Of a stretch of DNA of 64,000 nucleotides, positions 60,800-64,000 are shown one piece after another. The notes under the pieces are model-generated. The model did not search any database, had not been told where the DNA came from, and worked only from the letters and a program-made list of their open reading frames with translations. The stretch is from Scyliorhinus canicula. Taxonomy: Eukaryota. The stretch spans positions 9,527,271 to 9,591,270 of the forward strand of contig NC_052175.1 in assembly GCF_902713615.1 (NCBI RefSeq), in the 5' to 3' direction. Position numbers and translations under genes: made by a program. Position 1 is the stretch's first letter. Every line of letters begins with the position of its first letter.

Positions 60800-61495
60800 T
60801 GACCGCAGGTCACTGATAGGGGCAACACAGGTGGAGAAGATAGTTAAGAAGGCACACGGCATGCTTGCCTTCATTTGCCGGAGCATTGAGGATAAAAAAT
60901 GGCAATTTATGTTGCAGCAGTTAAGAACATTCGTTGTGCCACACTTGGAGGATAGTATTCAATTTTGGTGGCCACACTACCAGAAGGATGTGGAGGCTTT
61001 AGAGAGGGTGCAGAAGAGGTTTACCAGGATGTTGCCTGGTATGGAGGGCATGAGCTATGAGGAGAGTTGAATGAACTCGGTTTATTCTCACTGGAACGAC
61101 GGAGGTTGAGGGGCGACCTGATAGACGTCTACAAAACTATGTAGGGCATTGACAAGAGTGGATAGTCAGAGGCTTTTTGCAGTCTGGATGGTTCAATTAC
61201 TAGGGGTCATAGGTATCTGGTGCGAGTGGCAAGGTTCATAGGAGATAAGCGAGACAAGTCTTTTACGCAGAGGATAGAGGGTGTTTGGATCTTGCTGCCA
61301 GAGGATGTGGTGGAAGCAGGGACGATAGTGACGTTTAAGTGGCATCTTGACTAATACATGAATAGGATGGGAATAGAGAGATACGGAGCCCAGAGGTGTA
61401 GAAGATTTTAGTTGAGACGTGCAGCATGGTCGGTATAGGCTTTGAGGGCCGAAGGGCCTATTCCTGTCCTGTACTTTACTTCGTTCTCTGTTCTT
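60800..61495 (+). mobile_element. CR1 LINE 3' fragment
   Basis: PHLEDSIQFWWPHYQKDVEALERVQKRFTRMLPGMEG and a 3' tail. Confidence 0.88.
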
Positions 61496-61509
61496 TGTTC
61501 TTTTTCCCA

Positions 61510-64000
61510 CAGAAGCTTTCCCATGGGCAAGCGGACATATTTGCAGAAACAGACTTCTGCGGATAACTGCGCGGGTATTTGGGTTGATCTAGATTTGATG
61601 ATTGTCTTGATAGCAACCCACCTTTAGCCAAGAGCGATGCTGCGGTGGCGAGGCTTGCTCCTGTGCCTGCTTTGGTTCTGAAGCAAGTGGTATACCCTTT
61701 GCCATGGCACACAGGATCACCGAGTAATAGGCAGAGGGTCTTCTTCCTCCTGCATGCTCTTACACCCGGACCCCTGTGGCAAATCCCCCTGCTTCATTCG
61801 TATAAAAATAAAGGGCTTGATGAAATTAGGAAGCCCCAAGGCACGGGCGCTAATCATCGCTGTTTCAAGTTACAAAATGCTTGAGGTCACTCTGCCCTCC
61901 TGTTTGCCAGAAAATTCTATCAGCCAATTTCGTCCGTCCATTTCAGTATTAATCTCATGTCTTTCTTTGTTCCTTTGTCCTCTTTGATCAGTTCTCCTAT
62001 AGGCTTTGCCTTAGCGGGATGTCTTACGGCCAATGTTAAATGGGGTTCTGAAATTAAACCCATCCTAAAAAGGTCCCTCTGACTATGGGACAACTGTACT
62101 AACATTCCTAACCCCACAATACTGAAAAATAAAAAGGAGTGATATGCAATGAGGTCTGCTGTCCGAAGTTACTTTGCGTTTGTAAATTGTACGTGTGCTC
62201 ATCCTCACGAGCATACCAACCCTGCAATGGGTAACGATATTCTCTCGGCTGGACTCTGTCAGGTGTATTAATAGCTGTGCCTCAGGGTCATTAATCTTTT
62301 GTAAGACTTCCTGCAGTTTTTCTTTTAACAGTGGTAGTGTAAGGGTTAACGTTCAACGGCCAGCATACAACACAGACACAGAGCGATGGGGCGCAGGCTC
62401 AGAAGTTGTTAAATTTTGCAGCTGGTGAGCTCGTCTTTGAGACAGTTCTATAAACATTCCATTATCAATGCAAAGTATTCCCGCTCCTAATTTGCAGAGT
62501 GTCTGTCTGCCTAATAGGGGAAGGTGTCGCGAGGAGGGGTACCTCCTTCCTGGGGGTTACATGTTTATTGTTTATTGGCCCCTTGCATGATAGCCTCTTT
62601 CCCTATATTTTCTAACCAGTGTTCATTCAAGTGATTATCATTATTGGGAACCCAGCCCCCATTTATGCCGTGTGGGACTACAATCCCATCTTTCAAAGCT
62701 GGCCAACATGCACCATAAGCATAATTTCAAGGCAGCAAACCATCTCCTGAGAGGGGGTCATAAATACCACACATGTAACTCAATTACCAATGATTGATTC
62801 AATACGTGCATGAGCTATTCTTGGAGACGTATATTTTTCTTTGTCAATTCAGAAAAGGTAAACTATTTGCTGAAATGGTTAATGTTTCCTGCAGAACCTA
62901 AGGGGGCTCAGAACTTGGAATTATGCCATTTGCATCTCTTCACTTGATCTAAAAGCTTGTTCATGTTCAATTACTTTGATTCGTAAAGGCATTTTCCTTC
63001 TTTTAAACTGATTTGAATTTCCACTGTTTCAGTGAATTAGAGAAATCGCAACACTAATCACTGAAGTTATTATCTCGGACTCACAATATCGGACGATGAA
63101 AAATACAACCGACTAAGCACTTCATGCTTTGACTAAAATAAATTGGTTAAACAAAACACACACTCTCAGCTCAAAAATATCACAGTTAACCGTTTGCCTT
63201 ATCTGATGGCGATAGAAAATCTGAATTCTCTTTCCGAAAGGAACCCAACTGTTCCGCTTTTACCTTAATCTTCTATTTACTTTTACTCCTCTGTTTTGTT
63301 TCGAGAGGGGGTCATCTTCATCAGATTCCTATAGGGTCATACAGGTTTTCAAACCTCTTTCCGTTGCTTCACGATTGTTTATTTTCATTATCTTACTCAT
63401 TTTGATTCCCTTATGAAATGAAATGAAAAACGAAAATCGCTTATTGTCACGAGTAGGCTTCAATGAAGTTACTGTGAAAAGCCCCTAGTCGCCACATTTC
63501 GGCGCCTGTTCGGGGAGGCTGGTACGGGAATTGAACCGTGCTGCTGGCCTGCCTTGGTCTGATTTAAAAGCCAGCGATTTAGCCCAGTGTGCCAAACCAG
63601 CCTCATCTGTCTTCTTTCAGGAGTTCACCTTATTTCTCGCTCCTGATGTCCTTATCGATGCTTTGGGACGACCTGTGAGGGGGAGTCGAGTTTATTGATC
63701 ATCGCTCCTTCTGCAAAATACTTTAGATCATATGTTAACAATAGCAACGACCGCAGAAATCATTTACAAATACTAGCGGGGGCGCACACCGGTGTTTGTC
63801 CTTTCACGAACACTGAAGTCTCTTTTTTTCAATGTTAGTCTCTAAGGGACCTTTATTCTTCCCATGCAGCTATCGTTAATTTATAAATTAAGATAATTCA
63901 CCCTAGCATGAGTCACCGGCCAGTAATTAAGGCTGCCGAGCAGCAGATCCCCCTTTCAGCTGGGGTCCCGTTATGGCTCTCTCCCTTTCAGCTGAGACGA
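61510..64000 (-). mobile_element. Possible ERV internal region (leader and gag-like remnants)
   Basis: Non-CR1 sequence with broken helical/basic ORFs (LLKEKLQEVLQKINDPEAQLL) and a GC-rich duplicated cagctgaaaggg leader-like segment at the window end; no diagnostic motif confirmed. Confidence 0.3.
63418..63602 (-). mobile_element. Second SINE family, full-length
   Basis: Reverse complement matches 19601-19786 and 27607-27797. Confidence 0.88.

Overview
Eukaryotic, repeat-dense DNA from a cartilaginous fish. The CR1/HER1-type LINEs, V-SINE/HE1-type SINEs, Penelope elements and GPR139-like GPCR copies look like those of catshark-type genomes; the species is inferred, not shown. Most of the window is transposon debris and tandem repeat, with one 184-nt N gap. 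The main signal is an apparently intact 8-exon minus-strand gene (CDS 53077-47201, 340 aa by my splice model) for a non-rearranging antigen-receptor-like protein: leader, V domain with its J-like G strand in the same exon, C1-set domain, uncharged transmembrane segment, and a cytoplasmic tail built from four small exons ending in a YxxL motif (PLYASL). It has a compact promoter and a poly(A) signal. Two decayed relatives lie nearby: a C1 remnant at about 17.5 kb (minus) and a C1/TM/tail remnant at about 56.3-57.2 kb (plus, head-to-head with the intact gene). They are interleaved with three broken GPR139/142-like GPCR copies, which suggests a mixed birth-and-death cluster. Also present: an ERV-like LTR with a tRNA-Phe-like PBS, a Gmr1-type Gypsy element (integrase before RT), a 42-bp minisatellite with higher-order structure, a 7-kb CT-rich array and a long inverted repeat. 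All alignments and identities were done by eye, and many repeat boundaries are approximate.
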